The translations under genes and the position numbers were made by a program. A DNA stretch of 64,000 nt from Thermodesulfobacteriota bacterium (GTDB lineage: Bacteria; Desulfobacterota; SM23-61). The notes under the pieces were generated by a model. That model saw nothing but the letters and a program-made list of their open reading frames with translations, did no database searches and had not been told where the DNA came from. The stretch covers positions 24,534 to 88,533 of the forward strand of contig JBNAWB010000001.1 of assembly GCA_049699975.1 (NCBI GenBank), in the 5' to 3' direction. Positions 44,112 through 53,709 of the stretch are shown here, one piece after another (positions within the stretch are counted from its first letter, which is position 1; each line of letters starts with the position of its first letter).

Positions 44112-46478
44112 ATGGCCGGAACCAGTATGGTCAGCGGCTTGGCAAGCGGCCTGGATTGGCAAAAAATCATTGAACAGTTAAGAGCAGTAGAGCATAAAAG
44201 AATTGATCTTATTGAAAGCAGAAAGAAAACATACACGGACAAACTCAGTGCCTGGCAAGCAATAAATACTAAACTCCTATCTTTAAAAACCACGGCCGGA
44301 AAACTCAATAAACCTGCGTATTTTAATCTTTATACTGTTTCCCTTTCTTCAAATACTACTACCGACGCTGAGGACATCCTCTCCGCCACGACCACGACAA
44401 GTGCTGCCCCTGGTTCTTACCAAATCAAAGTAAATTCTTTGGCCAGCGCGCAAAAGCTTTCCTCGACGAGCTTTGCCAGCCAGACGGCAGCTCTGAATCT
44501 TTCTGGAGACATAATCATTGGCGGGCGAACGGTTTCCATCTCTACCACGGATAGCTTATCCTCTATCCGCCATAAAATCAACGCGGTTAATTCGGGTGCT
44601 AATGCTTCGCAAGTGACGGCCTCGATCGTTAATTATGGAAATGAAGGCTATAGATTAATCTTGACTAGTGATGAAGAAGGATCAGCAGGAATAAGCCTCC
44701 TTAATGGCGGAGCAACGGACCTGCTTGGTTTGCTCGGGTTCGTTGATGCGGCGGAGAAAACAGCGAAAAATATAATAGCCGCGGGACACAAGAGTGATGC
44801 CTTTTCTGAGGCAGATGAGGCCATCGGAGGTGCCAATCTTCTTAATTTAACTTCTCCCCAAAGTGGGGAAGTGACCATAGTTATTAATGGAATTTCCAGG
44901 TCTGTAGCGATTGATTTAGCCACGGATTCATTGAATACCATAAGAGAAGCCATTAATAATGCTTTCAACGGAGTATTTACCTCAAATCCAGCTTCGGTAA
45001 TAAGTGAAACAGCTGAAGATGGGAATACTTTTTATAGGCTTTTAATTGAAGGAAGTACAATCGCTTATACCGATACCAATAATATTTTAGAAACTCTTGG
45101 CATCTTAAAAAGAGGCGGCGTTTCCGATGAAAAGGGTGTTACGGGCGACATCCAGAACACTATCGGCGGGGTTTATATCACCTCAGCAACTTTAATAAAA
45201 GATATCGATGGTTATAACGATTATGCGGTGGGAGATACCATTGAATTAACTGGTACAGACACATCAGGCAATGCGGTTAGTTATTCTTTTGTTATCAATG
45301 ATACCACTACTGTGGGAGAATTGCTGACCGCTATTGAAAATCAATATGGGTATGTTACTGCTCAAGTAACCGCCGATGGGAAAATCAGAGTGTTGGATAA
45401 TGAGCTTGGGGATACAGATCTATCTGTAATTCTTACTCCCAGCAAATCCACTATTAAATTTGATAGCGATTATGATTTAGGGGCCTTAAGTACGATAAGA
45501 GCCAGGCAGATTCAGGCCGGGGCAAATGCCAGTATTACCATTGATGGAGTGGAGGTCACAGCCAGCTCCAATATGGTCGATGATGTAATTCCTGGGGTAA
45601 CGTTGAATTTGAAAAAGGCGGCCAGCGATACCACCGTTACCCTCAATATTAATAGAGATTATGCTGCCGTAAAGGAGAAAATCGAGGAGTTCGTAAATGC
45701 CTATAATGAGGCTATAGAAGCCATCAATAGTCATTTAAGATACAATGAGACAACTAAGGAGCCAGGAGGAATATTATTTGGAGACAATACTTTAAAGACG
45801 ATAAAATCAAGTCTTACCCAGATTATTTTGAATAGAATTGCAGGAGTATCAGATAATTTTTCTACCCTTGGTCAATTCGGTATTAGACTTAGCAACGATG
45901 GCAAACTGAGCATTGAAGAAGATACATTAAATGATTATTTAGCAAGCAATTTCGATGACCTAAAAAGGCTTTTTGTGGCCGATTGGTCAGCGACAAATAG
46001 TAATTTAACTTATATTTATCACACGATTGACACTCAGGCAGGGACATACAATATCCAAATAACAGGCATTGATCCTGTTACTGGTTACTTCGAGACTGAA
46101 GGAGATGCTCAGGGAGAGGGCGAGTATCTGCGCGGAATCTCGGGAAATGCCAAGGGGCTGGTTCTTCGTTACTCTGGCACAGCTACAGGAGATATAGGTA
46201 GTTTTACATTAACTTATGGAGTAGCGGAGTTGCTCGACCGAGCGCTTTATTACATTACAGATTCTGTTAGCGGAACAATTGCTAATAAAGAGCAGACTAT
46301 TCAAGAAACAATCTCCAGTTTGGCCGATGATATATCAGAAATGGAAGATCGTCTCGATCGAAAAATGGCCGACTTGGAACGGAAATTTATTGCTATGGAG
46401 ACTGCTTTAAGCACCTTGCAGAGTCAGATCAGTTGGCTATCGAGCCAAATTGAAACAATTAATAAAGGATGGGGATAA
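44112..46478 (+). CDS. fliD: Flagellar filament cap protein FliD (HAP2), large 788 aa form
   Basis: FliD N-terminus (GLASGLDWQKIIEQL...LSAWQAINTKL) and the C-terminal coiled-coil FliD domain. Confidence 0.85.
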   Translation: MAGTSMVSGLASGLDWQKIIEQLRAVEHKRIDLIESRKKTYTDKLSAWQAINTKLLSLKTTAGKLNKPAYFNLYTVSLSSNTTTDAEDILSATTTTSAAPGSYQIKVNSLASAQKLSSTSFASQTAALNLSGDIIIGGRTVSISTTDSLSSIRHKINAVNSGANASQVTASIVNYGNEGYRLILTSDEEGSAGISLLNGGATDLLGLLGFVDAAEKTAKNIIAAGHKSDAFSEADEAIGGANLLNLTSPQSGEVTIVINGISRSVAIDLATDSLNTIREAINNAFNGVFTSNPASVISETAEDGNTFYRLLIEGSTIAYTDTNNILETLGILKRGGVSDEKGVTGDIQNTIGGVYITSATLIKDIDGYNDYAVGDTIELTGTDTSGNAVSYSFVINDTTTVGELLTAIENQYGYVTAQVTADGKIRVLDNELGDTDLSVILTPSKSTIKFDSDYDLGALSTIRARQIQAGANASITIDGVEVTASSNMVDDVIPGVTLNLKKAASDTTVTLNINRDYAAVKEKIEEFVNAYNEAIEAINSHLRYNETTKEPGGILFGDNTLKTIKSSLTQIILNRIAGVSDNFSTLGQFGIRLSNDGKLSIEEDTLNDYLASNFDDLKRLFVADWSATNSNLTYIYHTIDTQAGTYNIQITGIDPVTGYFETEGDAQGEGEYLRGISGNAKGLVLRYSGTATGDIGSFTLTYGVAELLDRALYYITDSVSGTIANKEQTIQETISSLADDISEMEDRLDRKMADLERKFIAMETALSTLQSQISWLSSQIETINKGWG

Positions 46479-46517
46479 TCGAGAAATATTACATATTTTA
46501 AGGAGGTTTATAAAAGA

Positions 46518-46940
46518 ATGAATAATGCCGGCTATAGGGTATACAAGCAGACAAATATCTTGACGGCAGATGAAAAAAGGCTGATTATTCTGTGTTATGA
46601 AGAAGCAATTAATAGCCTAAGATCAGCTAAAACCAATTATCTCAAGGAAAATTATGAAGCAAAAGGCCAAGCAGTCCAAAAAGCCTTAGATATCATAAAT
46701 GAATTAAGAGTGGCCCTTAATTTTGAAAAAGGAGGCATTATAGCCAAGAATCTTGATCTCATCTATGGGTTTTTAATTCGGCACATATTGGATGCAGATA
46801 TAAAAAAAGATATAAAAGGATTGGAACAAGCAGCCTCTATACTTAGCGAATTAAAATCAGCTTGGGAGCAGGTTTTTTACGGGAATAAGAGTAACCAGAG
46901 TTTATATGCTTCTGAAACCCAAGGATCTTTAATTTCCTGA
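46518..46940 (+). CDS. fliS: Flagellin-specific chaperone FliS
   Basis: 140 aa four-helix FliS family (ILCYEEAINSL...LDLIYGFLIRHI). Confidence 0.8.
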   Translation: MNNAGYRVYKQTNILTADEKRLIILCYEEAINSLRSAKTNYLKENYEAKGQAVQKALDIINELRVALNFEKGGIIAKNLDLIYGFLIRHILDADIKKDIKGLEQAASILSELKSAWEQVFYGNKSNQSLYASETQGSLIS

Positions 46941-46951
46941 AAGGCGCAGAA

Positions 46952-47398
46952 GTGGAATTGCAAGAAAAAAAATCTTTTGCCGAATCTAATTTAAAGTATT
47001 GGGAGGAGAAAAAAGATCTTTTAACTAACTACTTAGCCCTTACTAAAACTTTATATTCAGAGTCATCTCCTTATAATCTTCCGGAAATTTTTAAACTCTT
47101 AAATCAGAGACAAAAAATAATGAGCGAGATAGAGATTCTTGATAATTTACTAACAAAGATTAAAAAGAATAGGAATCTGGTTGAAGATCCAGAAAAACGA
47201 TTTCTTTCCGAAAATATTAAAAATATTCTTTCAGAAATACAATACTTAGATAATCAATTAAGCCAAAAATTCGTTTCCTGGAGAGAAGATGTGAGAAAGG
47301 AATTGATGGCTAATCAACTCACCTTGAAAACTCTCCATACTTATGCGCAGACCTTTACTTCCCCAGTTACTCCACGTTTTCTTGATTTGCGCCAATAA
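46952..47398 (+). CDS. Hypothetical protein, possible FliT-like chaperone
   Basis: 148 aa helical protein directly after fliS. Assigned by position only; GTG start. Confidence 0.3.
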   Translation: MELQEKKSFAESNLKYWEEKKDLLTNYLALTKTLYSESSPYNLPEIFKLLNQRQKIMSEIEILDNLLTKIKKNRNLVEDPEKRFLSENIKNILSEIQYLDNQLSQKFVSWREDVRKELMANQLTLKTLHTYAQTFTSPVTPRFLDLRQ

Positions 47399-47415
47399 AA
47401 GGGAATAAATTTCCT

Positions 47416-48105
47416 ATGCCTAATAATCAAGCAAATAAAATTCGTCTATGGATTGCTGAGGATGATGAAGCATTCCGCGAAATTTTGGGTAAAACTTTAG
47501 CTTGCGGTATAAGAGAAGTAAATTTATTTCCGGATGGCCAGGCTGTTTTACGGGCCCTGGAAAAAGCTTCTTTTGATATTTTAATAACTGACTTAGTGAT
47601 GGCCGGAGTGGATGGCCTGCAGCTTCTGCACGAAGTAAAGAGGGTTAATACGGAGAGCTTAGTTATCATCATGACAGGTTACGCATCGGTTGATACGGCA
47701 ATAAAGGCCATTCGCGGAGGAGCCTATGATTACATAAAGAAACCATTTAAGATAGAAGAATTAGAAATTATTATAAGTAATGCTTGGGAAAAGCTTAGAT
47801 TACAGAGAGAAAATCGCCAGCTTTTATATCGCTTACAGGAGACAATGCAAGAGTTAAAAAAATTTAAAGATTCTTTATTTAAAGAATCTTCTCACTCTCC
47901 GCGCTTACCCACCGTTTTCGACTACAAATTATCAGAATTAGACCTCATCTTAAAACAGATGGTATCCACTCCAGGAGATTTTCTTACCGAAAAAAAAGAA
48001 GAAAAAGTTATCAAAGATTTGAAAAAATTTATTGAGTGGCGCAAAGAAGGCTTAATCGATCAGCAAGAGTTTAGGATCATAAAAAAGATGCTTTTAAATC
48101 TATAA
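47416..48105 (+). CDS. Response regulator: receiver domain plus uncharacterised C-terminal helical domain
   Basis: REC motifs (IAEDDEAFREIL...ILITDLVMAGVDG...IIMTGYASVDTAIKAIRGGAYDYIKKPF). The roughly 100 aa C-terminal region has no recognisable output domain. Confidence 0.8.
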   Translation: MPNNQANKIRLWIAEDDEAFREILGKTLACGIREVNLFPDGQAVLRALEKASFDILITDLVMAGVDGLQLLHEVKRVNTESLVIIMTGYASVDTAIKAIRGGAYDYIKKPFKIEELEIIISNAWEKLRLQRENRQLLYRLQETMQELKKFKDSLFKESSHSPRLPTVFDYKLSELDLILKQMVSTPGDFLTEKKEEKVIKDLKKFIEWRKEGLIDQQEFRIIKKMLLNL

Positions 48106-48106
48106 T

Positions 48107-49009
48107 TTAAACTCCTGTTTGACTTGGTCGAGGAAATTGTGTGGGAGGCGGTAAATTATGAGGTGGGCTAAATTTTCCGCCTTCTGGGTTGATATTTTTG
48201 TCTGTAGATTCTCCTTGCTTGGGCTCAAAATTCTCTTCCAAGCTGCTTAGAATTACTACATCAACTCGGCGATTAAGAGCTCTACCCTCAGGAGTAGAAT
48301 TAGGAGCTATGGGTCGAAACTCAGCAAATCCCGTAGCCGATAATTTTTCTGGTTTAAAATTAAAGTTGCTTAGGAAATAGCGGACGACCGTGGTGGCCCG
48401 GGCCGTGGATAACTCCCAATTAGAAGGAAATTTAACAGTTTGAATGGGCACGCTATCAGTATGCCCTTCAATCCGGATCAGGTTGGGAATTGTCTCTAAG
48501 GATTTACCTAAGGCATTTAAAATGGGAATAAATTCGGGCCGGATAGAAGCTTCCCCAGAGTTAAAAAAAAGACTATCGGGCACCCTAATTACTAACCCCC
48601 GTTTTTCTAAGATATATTTAATTTGGTTAAAAGGTGGGCGTTTTCTTTGCTCAATGCCCATTAAATTATCTTCGATTTGCTTTTGAATTTCCGCAACTAA
48701 TTTTTCAAAAGCCTTCCTTTCTCTCTCCGCCAATCTTATATCAAGATCATTTATGATACCTTTGCCTATGGGAGTTGAGGTAGGCGTAAAAGCCCCAGCA
48801 TCGCGTTGACTGATTTGCACCGGAATTAATGAGCCCAAGGCCCTTTGCAGAGATTCTACTGCCGAGCCTAGTTTTTGCTCATCCACGCGGGAAATAGCAT
48901 ACATGGTGACAAAGAAAGCAAAGAGAAGAGTAATAAAGTCGGCATAAGAAACCAGCCAACGCTCTAAATTTTCATGTTCTTCATCATGTTTTTTTTTGCG
49001 CCGCGCCAT
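48107..49009 (-). CDS. motB: Flagellar motor stator protein MotB (OmpA-like), with Pro-rich C-terminal tail
   Basis: N-terminal TM with the plug/Asp region (WLVSYADFITLLFAFFV), then an OmpA peptidoglycan-binding domain. Confidence 0.85.
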   Translation of the reverse strand: MARRKKKHDEEHENLERWLVSYADFITLLFAFFVTMYAISRVDEQKLGSAVESLQRALGSLIPVQISQRDAGAFTPTSTPIGKGIINDLDIRLAERERKAFEKLVAEIQKQIEDNLMGIEQRKRPPFNQIKYILEKRGLVIRVPDSLFFNSGEASIRPEFIPILNALGKSLETIPNLIRIEGHTDSVPIQTVKFPSNWELSTARATTVVRYFLSNFNFKPEKLSATGFAEFRPIAPNSTPEGRALNRRVDVVILSSLEENFEPKQGESTDKNINPEGGKFSPPHNLPPPTQFPRPSQTGV

Positions 49010-49011
49010 GG

Positions 49012-49779
49012 TTATTTTTTCTTTTGCTCGGGAATTAAATCCGGAAGATAAGATCTAAGTTTTTCTTCTATTAATCTGGGATTTTCTCCGTTAGAAACGG
49101 AAATTACGCCTTCTAACATCATTTCACGCAAGATCATTTCATTTCTATGCCGCACCTCCAATTTAGTGGCAATAGGTAAAAAGAGCAAATTTGCTGAACC
49201 TACACCATAAACGGTAGCGACAAAAGCTACCGCAATGCCCGCGCCCAATTTGCTGGGGTCGTTGAGATTCTCCATTACATGAATAAGCCCCAAAACTGCG
49301 CCCAATATACCTATGGTGGGGGCATATCCACCAGCCGATTTAAAAATTTTAGAACTTATTTTGCCATGTTCATCTAAATATTCTAATTCAGTTTCCATGG
49401 CCTCCCGGATCAAATGAGGTTCTAACCCATCTACGGCCATAGTGAGCGCTTTCTTTAAAAAGGCATTGTCAATGTTTTTAATTTCCTTTTCCAGAGAAAG
49501 TATGCCTTCTTTGCGGGCTTTATTAGCATACTGCGTTATTTGCTTAATAATTTCTTCGGCATTTTGGGGAGGTTCTTTGAGAATTGACTTGACACCTTTA
49601 AGAGCAGCAATAACTTGTTTGAATGGATAGCTAAGAAAAACTGCCCCAAAAGTTCCCCCAATTACAATAACGAAGGCGGTAATTTGCATGATGGAGCCGA
49701 GATGCCCTCCTTCTAAGGCTTGCCCGCCTAAGACGGCCCCAATACCTAAAACGAGTCCTATAATAGATGCCTTATCCAT
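49012..49779 (-). CDS. motA: Flagellar motor stator protein MotA
   Basis: Four TM segments and the MotA/TolQ/ExbB family core. Confidence 0.9.
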   Translation of the reverse strand: MDKASIIGLVLGIGAVLGGQALEGGHLGSIMQITAFVIVIGGTFGAVFLSYPFKQVIAALKGVKSILKEPPQNAEEIIKQITQYANKARKEGILSLEKEIKNIDNAFLKKALTMAVDGLEPHLIREAMETELEYLDEHGKISSKIFKSAGGYAPTIGILGAVLGLIHVMENLNDPSKLGAGIAVAFVATVYGVGSANLLFLPIATKLEVRHRNEMILREMMLEGVISVSNGENPRLIEEKLRSYLPDLIPEQKKK

Positions 49780-49788
49780 AATTTTTGA

Positions 49789-49989
49789 TCATTCAATAGG
49801 AAGAGATGAATTAAAAACGCGGCGGCGGAATTCGATTACCCGGCGAATAATTTCGACCACTTTTTCTTGGACAGCAATTTTTTCCCCATTAGCCATGGTA
49901 ATTATAGTATCCGGGGTTTCTTCCATAAAAATTATTAAATCAGGATTGATGACTAAAGGAGTATTATTTAAGCGAGTTAAGCTGATCAT
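49789..49989 (-). CDS. flbD: Flagellar protein FlbD
   Basis: MISLTRLNNTPLVINPDLIIFMEETPDTIITMANGEKIAVQE matches the FlbD family. AGGAGGG Shine-Dalgarno before ATG; the upstream in-frame extension to 50139 is rejected. Confidence 0.8.
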   Translation of the reverse strand: MISLTRLNNTPLVINPDLIIFMEETPDTIITMANGEKIAVQEKVVEIIRRVIEFRRRVFNSSLPIE

Positions 49990-50011
49990 GGCAAAATAAT
50001 CCCTCCTGCAT

Positions 50012-50037
50012 TTTGCTATTGATATCGGAAGATTGTT
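50012..50037 (-). promoter_or_regulatory. Sigma-28-type promoter for flbD-motA-motB: TAAG-N14-TCCGATAT (read on - strand)
   Basis: Same architecture as the flagellin promoter. Confidence 0.45.
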
Positions 50038-50179
50038 GGCGAACTTAAATTGGAGAACAGCAATAAATACTAAAAAAATAATAATTTTTTTTAATGCCCA
50101 AGCTAAAAAGTGGAGAACTTCATGACGCCTCAAGAACATTTCCTCCTTACCATCTCCTCTCCTTAGGGAAACTATATTG

Positions 50180-50250
50180 TAAGGTCCTCGCGAGGGAGCG
50201 CAGGGACCGTGGCGATCTCATAACGCTTTGAAATTAAAGAGATGGTCAGG
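50180..50250 (-). repeat. GC-rich structured intergenic repeat, family 2, copy B (inverted relative to copy A)
   Basis: The reverse complement aligns to 33583-33648. It is embedded in a GC-rich island (about 50180-50340) within an AT-rich divergent intergenic region. Confidence 0.6.
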
Positions 50251-50524
50251 CTTCGCTACCTCAAGTGCGGAGTCCCTCGCCATGACGGAAAATGCGTCGC
50301 GACCCAATCTCAGTGGGCAGAGGCAGGGAAAGGGAAGTCATTGAAAATTCCAATAATAATCTCACTCTTCAGTGAGAGATTAATAATTTTTATTGCTCCA
50401 TTTAAGAAAATTAAAATTCACCCGATATTTTAACCAGACTTGGATGAAAATAAATTCTCTTCAAGAAAAGAATAAAAAGAAGAAGGAATTTTTATAAAAA
50501 ATTACCATTTAGAGGAAAGAAGGA

Positions 50525-52693
50525 ATGACTAAGGAAAAAAAAACGTTAACCGAGATTATTGAAGAAATATCCATGCAAGCAATGATTGTGGACTACGATG
50601 ATATCCAAACTTTGGGGTCAATCTTAGAGAAATTAGAATTGATCCAACAAGCAGGAGAAGATGCTGCTTTTCCTCAAAATTTGCCCCAAGCCCTTAAGAG
50701 TTTGGTTGAAAAAATTATTTTACATGAAATTCACGAAGGCCATGACGGCCTCGCTTTTCTGCGGCGCGGAGTAGGTCTCCTGCAAGAACATCTTCTTGCT
50801 CCTTCTTCTCCAAATTTAATTGAAAAAATAGAGCAATATGCCAAGGATATGACCTCTTTAGGCATAGTATTGGATATTAAGTTTTCAGAGAAAAAAGAGA
50901 AGGATTCTTCTGTCGCCAAGGAACAGATAAATTTGCAGGACATAGAACTCTATAAAGACTTTATTAGCGAAGCTCTTGATTATCTAAATAATATGGAGTT
51001 GCAGATCATTGATTTAGAACAGAATCCAGAAGACCCAGAGGTAATTAATTCAATTTTTCGGCCCTTCCATACTATTAAAGGGGTTTCTGGCTTCCTGCAT
51101 TTGCGCCAAATAAACGAATTTTCTCATGCCGTGGAAAGCCTTTTAGACAAAGTCCGGAATAAAAAAATCAAGATATCTCAGGAGCTTATTGATTTCATCT
51201 TAGAAGCGGTCGATTTATTAAAACGCATGATCCTGGATTTAAAGACCCAGATTGAGGCCGGGAGCTCAAAAACAACTTTTTTTGATATTCAACCCTATTT
51301 GGCGAAAATTGAGAATTTGGCTAATGAGGATAAATTATTACTATTACCCAGAAAAAAAGAAGCAGAAAGTCTCTCAGATTTTAAAGATGAAGAATCCTCT
51401 TCAATGGAAGAAAAATTAAGAGATTCCCAAATCACTTCTGTCCAAGAAAACAAAGAAGAAGGTAAAACAAATCTCAAAAAGTTAAAAGAAGACCCCCTTG
51501 AACAAAAACAGATAGGAGCCCAAGTTGCTGACTCCACCATAAAAGTGGATACCAAAAAATTAGACAATCTTATTGATACAGTGGGTGAGTTAGTAATTGC
51601 TCTATCTTTAGTTCAACAGAATCCTTTAGTTAGCGCCATCAAAGACCAAAAATTAATCCAAGATTTTTCTCAGCTCAAAAGGATTACAAATGAATTGCAA
51701 AAAATTTCTATGTCCTTGCGCATGGTTCCCATTCGGCAAACCTTCCAGAAAATGCATCGTTTGGTAAGGGACTTAGCTAAAAAATCAGGGAAATTAGTAG
51801 AACTGATCATGTCTGGGGAAGATACGGAAATTGACCGTCATATGGTAGATAGTCTATATGATCCTTTAGTGCATATGATCCGCAACGCCATTGATCACGG
51901 AATTGAACCGCCTGCAGTTCGCCAAGAAAAGGGAAAAAAAGAGATAGGCAGGATAAATTTAAGAGCCTATCAACATGGTGGCAATGTAGTTATAGAAATA
52001 GCCGACGATGGTCAGGGGCTTAATCGGGCAAAAATCCTCCAGAAAGCTAAAGAAAAAGGCCTCATTACTGATGAAAAATCCCTAACTAATTGCCAAATTG
52101 ATAATCTCATTTTTGAGCCAGGATTCTCTACGGCAGAAAAAGTTACCGATGTTTCCGGACGCGGGGTAGGCCTGGATGTGGTCAAGAAGGCCATTGAAAA
52201 ATTGAAAGGGAAAGTGGAAATTTTTTCTGAGGAGGGGAAAGGCTGCCTTTTTGTTATGCGTATCCCTCTAACCTTAGCCATTATGGATGGCATTATTGTG
52301 CGCAGCGGAGAGGAACGGTTTATCATTCCCACTGAATTTGTTAAAGAAGCAATAAGGCCCAGGCCGGATGAGGTTTTCACTATGCATAAAAAAGGAGAAA
52401 TGGTCAAAGTGCGGGATAGAATTTTGCCTTTAGTTAGACTTCACCAATTTGTGAATGTTAATCCTGAAAAAAATAAGCCGTGGGAGTCGTTGATTATAGT
52501 GCTTGAAGGAAATGGACACCAGAACGGCCTGATGGTAGATGATCTATTGGGCAAACAAGAAGTGGTTATCAAAAATATGGGGGAGAAATTAAAAGATGTT
52601 AAAGGAGTAGCCGGGGCTACGATCATGGGGGATGGTCGGGTGGGTTTAATATTAGATGTCCAGGAGATATTTACTAACGGTAATTGTGGTTAA
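50525..52693 (+). CDS. cheA: Chemotaxis histidine kinase CheA
   Basis: P1 HPt (H in FHTIKGVSGFL), P2, P3 dimerisation, P4 HATPase (GRGVGLDVVK) and P5 CheW-like domains. Confidence 0.95.
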   Translation: MTKEKKTLTEIIEEISMQAMIVDYDDIQTLGSILEKLELIQQAGEDAAFPQNLPQALKSLVEKIILHEIHEGHDGLAFLRRGVGLLQEHLLAPSSPNLIEKIEQYAKDMTSLGIVLDIKFSEKKEKDSSVAKEQINLQDIELYKDFISEALDYLNNMELQIIDLEQNPEDPEVINSIFRPFHTIKGVSGFLHLRQINEFSHAVESLLDKVRNKKIKISQELIDFILEAVDLLKRMILDLKTQIEAGSSKTTFFDIQPYLAKIENLANEDKLLLLPRKKEAESLSDFKDEESSSMEEKLRDSQITSVQENKEEGKTNLKKLKEDPLEQKQIGAQVADSTIKVDTKKLDNLIDTVGELVIALSLVQQNPLVSAIKDQKLIQDFSQLKRITNELQKISMSLRMVPIRQTFQKMHRLVRDLAKKSGKLVELIMSGEDTEIDRHMVDSLYDPLVHMIRNAIDHGIEPPAVRQEKGKKEIGRINLRAYQHGGNVVIEIADDGQGLNRAKILQKAKEKGLITDEKSLTNCQIDNLIFEPGFSTAEKVTDVSGRGVGLDVVKKAIEKLKGKVEIFSEEGKGCLFVMRIPLTLAIMDGIIVRSGEERFIIPTEFVKEAIRPRPDEVFTMHKKGEMVKVRDRILPLVRLHQFVNVNPEKNKPWESLIIVLEGNGHQNGLMVDDLLGKQEVVIKNMGEKLKDVKGVAGATIMGDGRVGLILDVQEIFTNGNCG

Positions 52694-52717
52694 AATTTTT
52701 TTGAGAGGGCAACTAAA

Positions 52718-53533
52718 GTGAAAAGTTTAGGGCAAGATAATTTTCAGTCATTGGATGAGGAAAAGAATAAATTTTTGGAAATAAGTTTATGGCAATCTCA
52801 AAATATGGAAGCACTGGGGGTATTGGCTTGTGGAATTGCTCATGATTTTAACAATATTTTAACAGCAATGATAGGATATACCGAACTTTCTTTGGCCCAA
52901 GTACCAGCAGATTCGCATATAAAACAAAATTTATGGGAAATATTGCAAGCTGGCCGAAGAGCCAAAGAATTAGTTAATCAGATTCTTAAATTTAGAAGAG
53001 AAAATGAGCAGGAAAATAAGGTTCTGCCAATTGTTCCGTTAATTAAAGAGGCTTACCGGCTTTTGCAAGTTAGTGCGCCGCCCAATATAAAAGTTAATTT
53101 GCAAATTGAAGACGAGAGCCAGCTTATAAGAGCCAATCCTACGCAAATATATCAAATTTTAATGAATCTTTGTATGAACGCTATACAAGCTATAGGGGAT
53201 AAAGAAGGAATGCTGCAAATAAAATTATCTTCTTGGCATGTAAATGAGGTTATGGCGGCCCAATGTCCAGACTTAAATCCAGGCCCTTATGTGTGTCTTA
53301 GCGTCGAAGATACTGGTGTAGGAATGACTCCAGAAGTTATGAGTAGGATATTTGATCCTTATTTTACAACCAAGAAAAATGGAGAAGGAAATGGCCTGGG
53401 TTTAGCAATAGTCCAGGGTTTGGTAAAGCGGCATAATGGGGCTATCTTCGTATATAGTGAACCGGGTAAAGGAAGTATTTTTCAAGTATTTTTGCCCACA
53501 ATTGAAAGTAGAGATATTGATGGGCAAAAATAA
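52718..53533 (+). CDS. Orphan cytoplasmic sensor histidine kinase (HisKA + HATPase_c only)
   Basis: H-box GIAHDFNNILTAMIGY and G-boxes (GVGMTPEV..IFDPYFTTK..GNGLGLAIV). No TM or sensor domain. Confidence 0.8.
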   Translation: MKSLGQDNFQSLDEEKNKFLEISLWQSQNMEALGVLACGIAHDFNNILTAMIGYTELSLAQVPADSHIKQNLWEILQAGRRAKELVNQILKFRRENEQENKVLPIVPLIKEAYRLLQVSAPPNIKVNLQIEDESQLIRANPTQIYQILMNLCMNAIQAIGDKEGMLQIKLSSWHVNEVMAAQCPDLNPGPYVCLSVEDTGVGMTPEVMSRIFDPYFTTKKNGEGNGLGLAIVQGLVKRHNGAIFVYSEPGKGSIFQVFLPTIESRDIDGQK

Positions 53534-53709
53534 CTAAAAATCCCTCATTGATAAAAAATAATGGGATTCTTTTATTTTTTGTGTTTTTCAAGTTCTTAAA
53601 AATTCATCCGATAAAAACGCTGTAACTCGGATAAAAGCATAGTCTCCTTATTATATGACCCACGTTTTGATAAATAAAAGGGGTATAAAGCTTTTAAAAG
53701 GGGGAGAAA

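Noticed and set aside
49990-50139. N-terminal extension of the flbD ORF (116 aa frame)
   Set aside because: FlbD family proteins are about 65-70 aa. A strong AGGAGGG Shine-Dalgarno precedes the internal ATG (MISLTRL). The extension would overlap the predicted sigma-28 promoter.
50242-50433. 63-aa ORF in the flbD-cheA intergenic region
   Set aside because: It lies across the GC-rich structured repeat, has no Shine-Dalgarno, and encodes a low-complexity peptide. It is more likely an artefact of the repeat than a gene.
53534-53709. Possible sigma-28 promoter (TCAA-N15-TCCGATAA) and weak terminator upstream of cheW
   Set aside because: The -35 match is poor and there are alternative overlapping -10-like sequences. 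It is too ambiguous to annotate as a feature.
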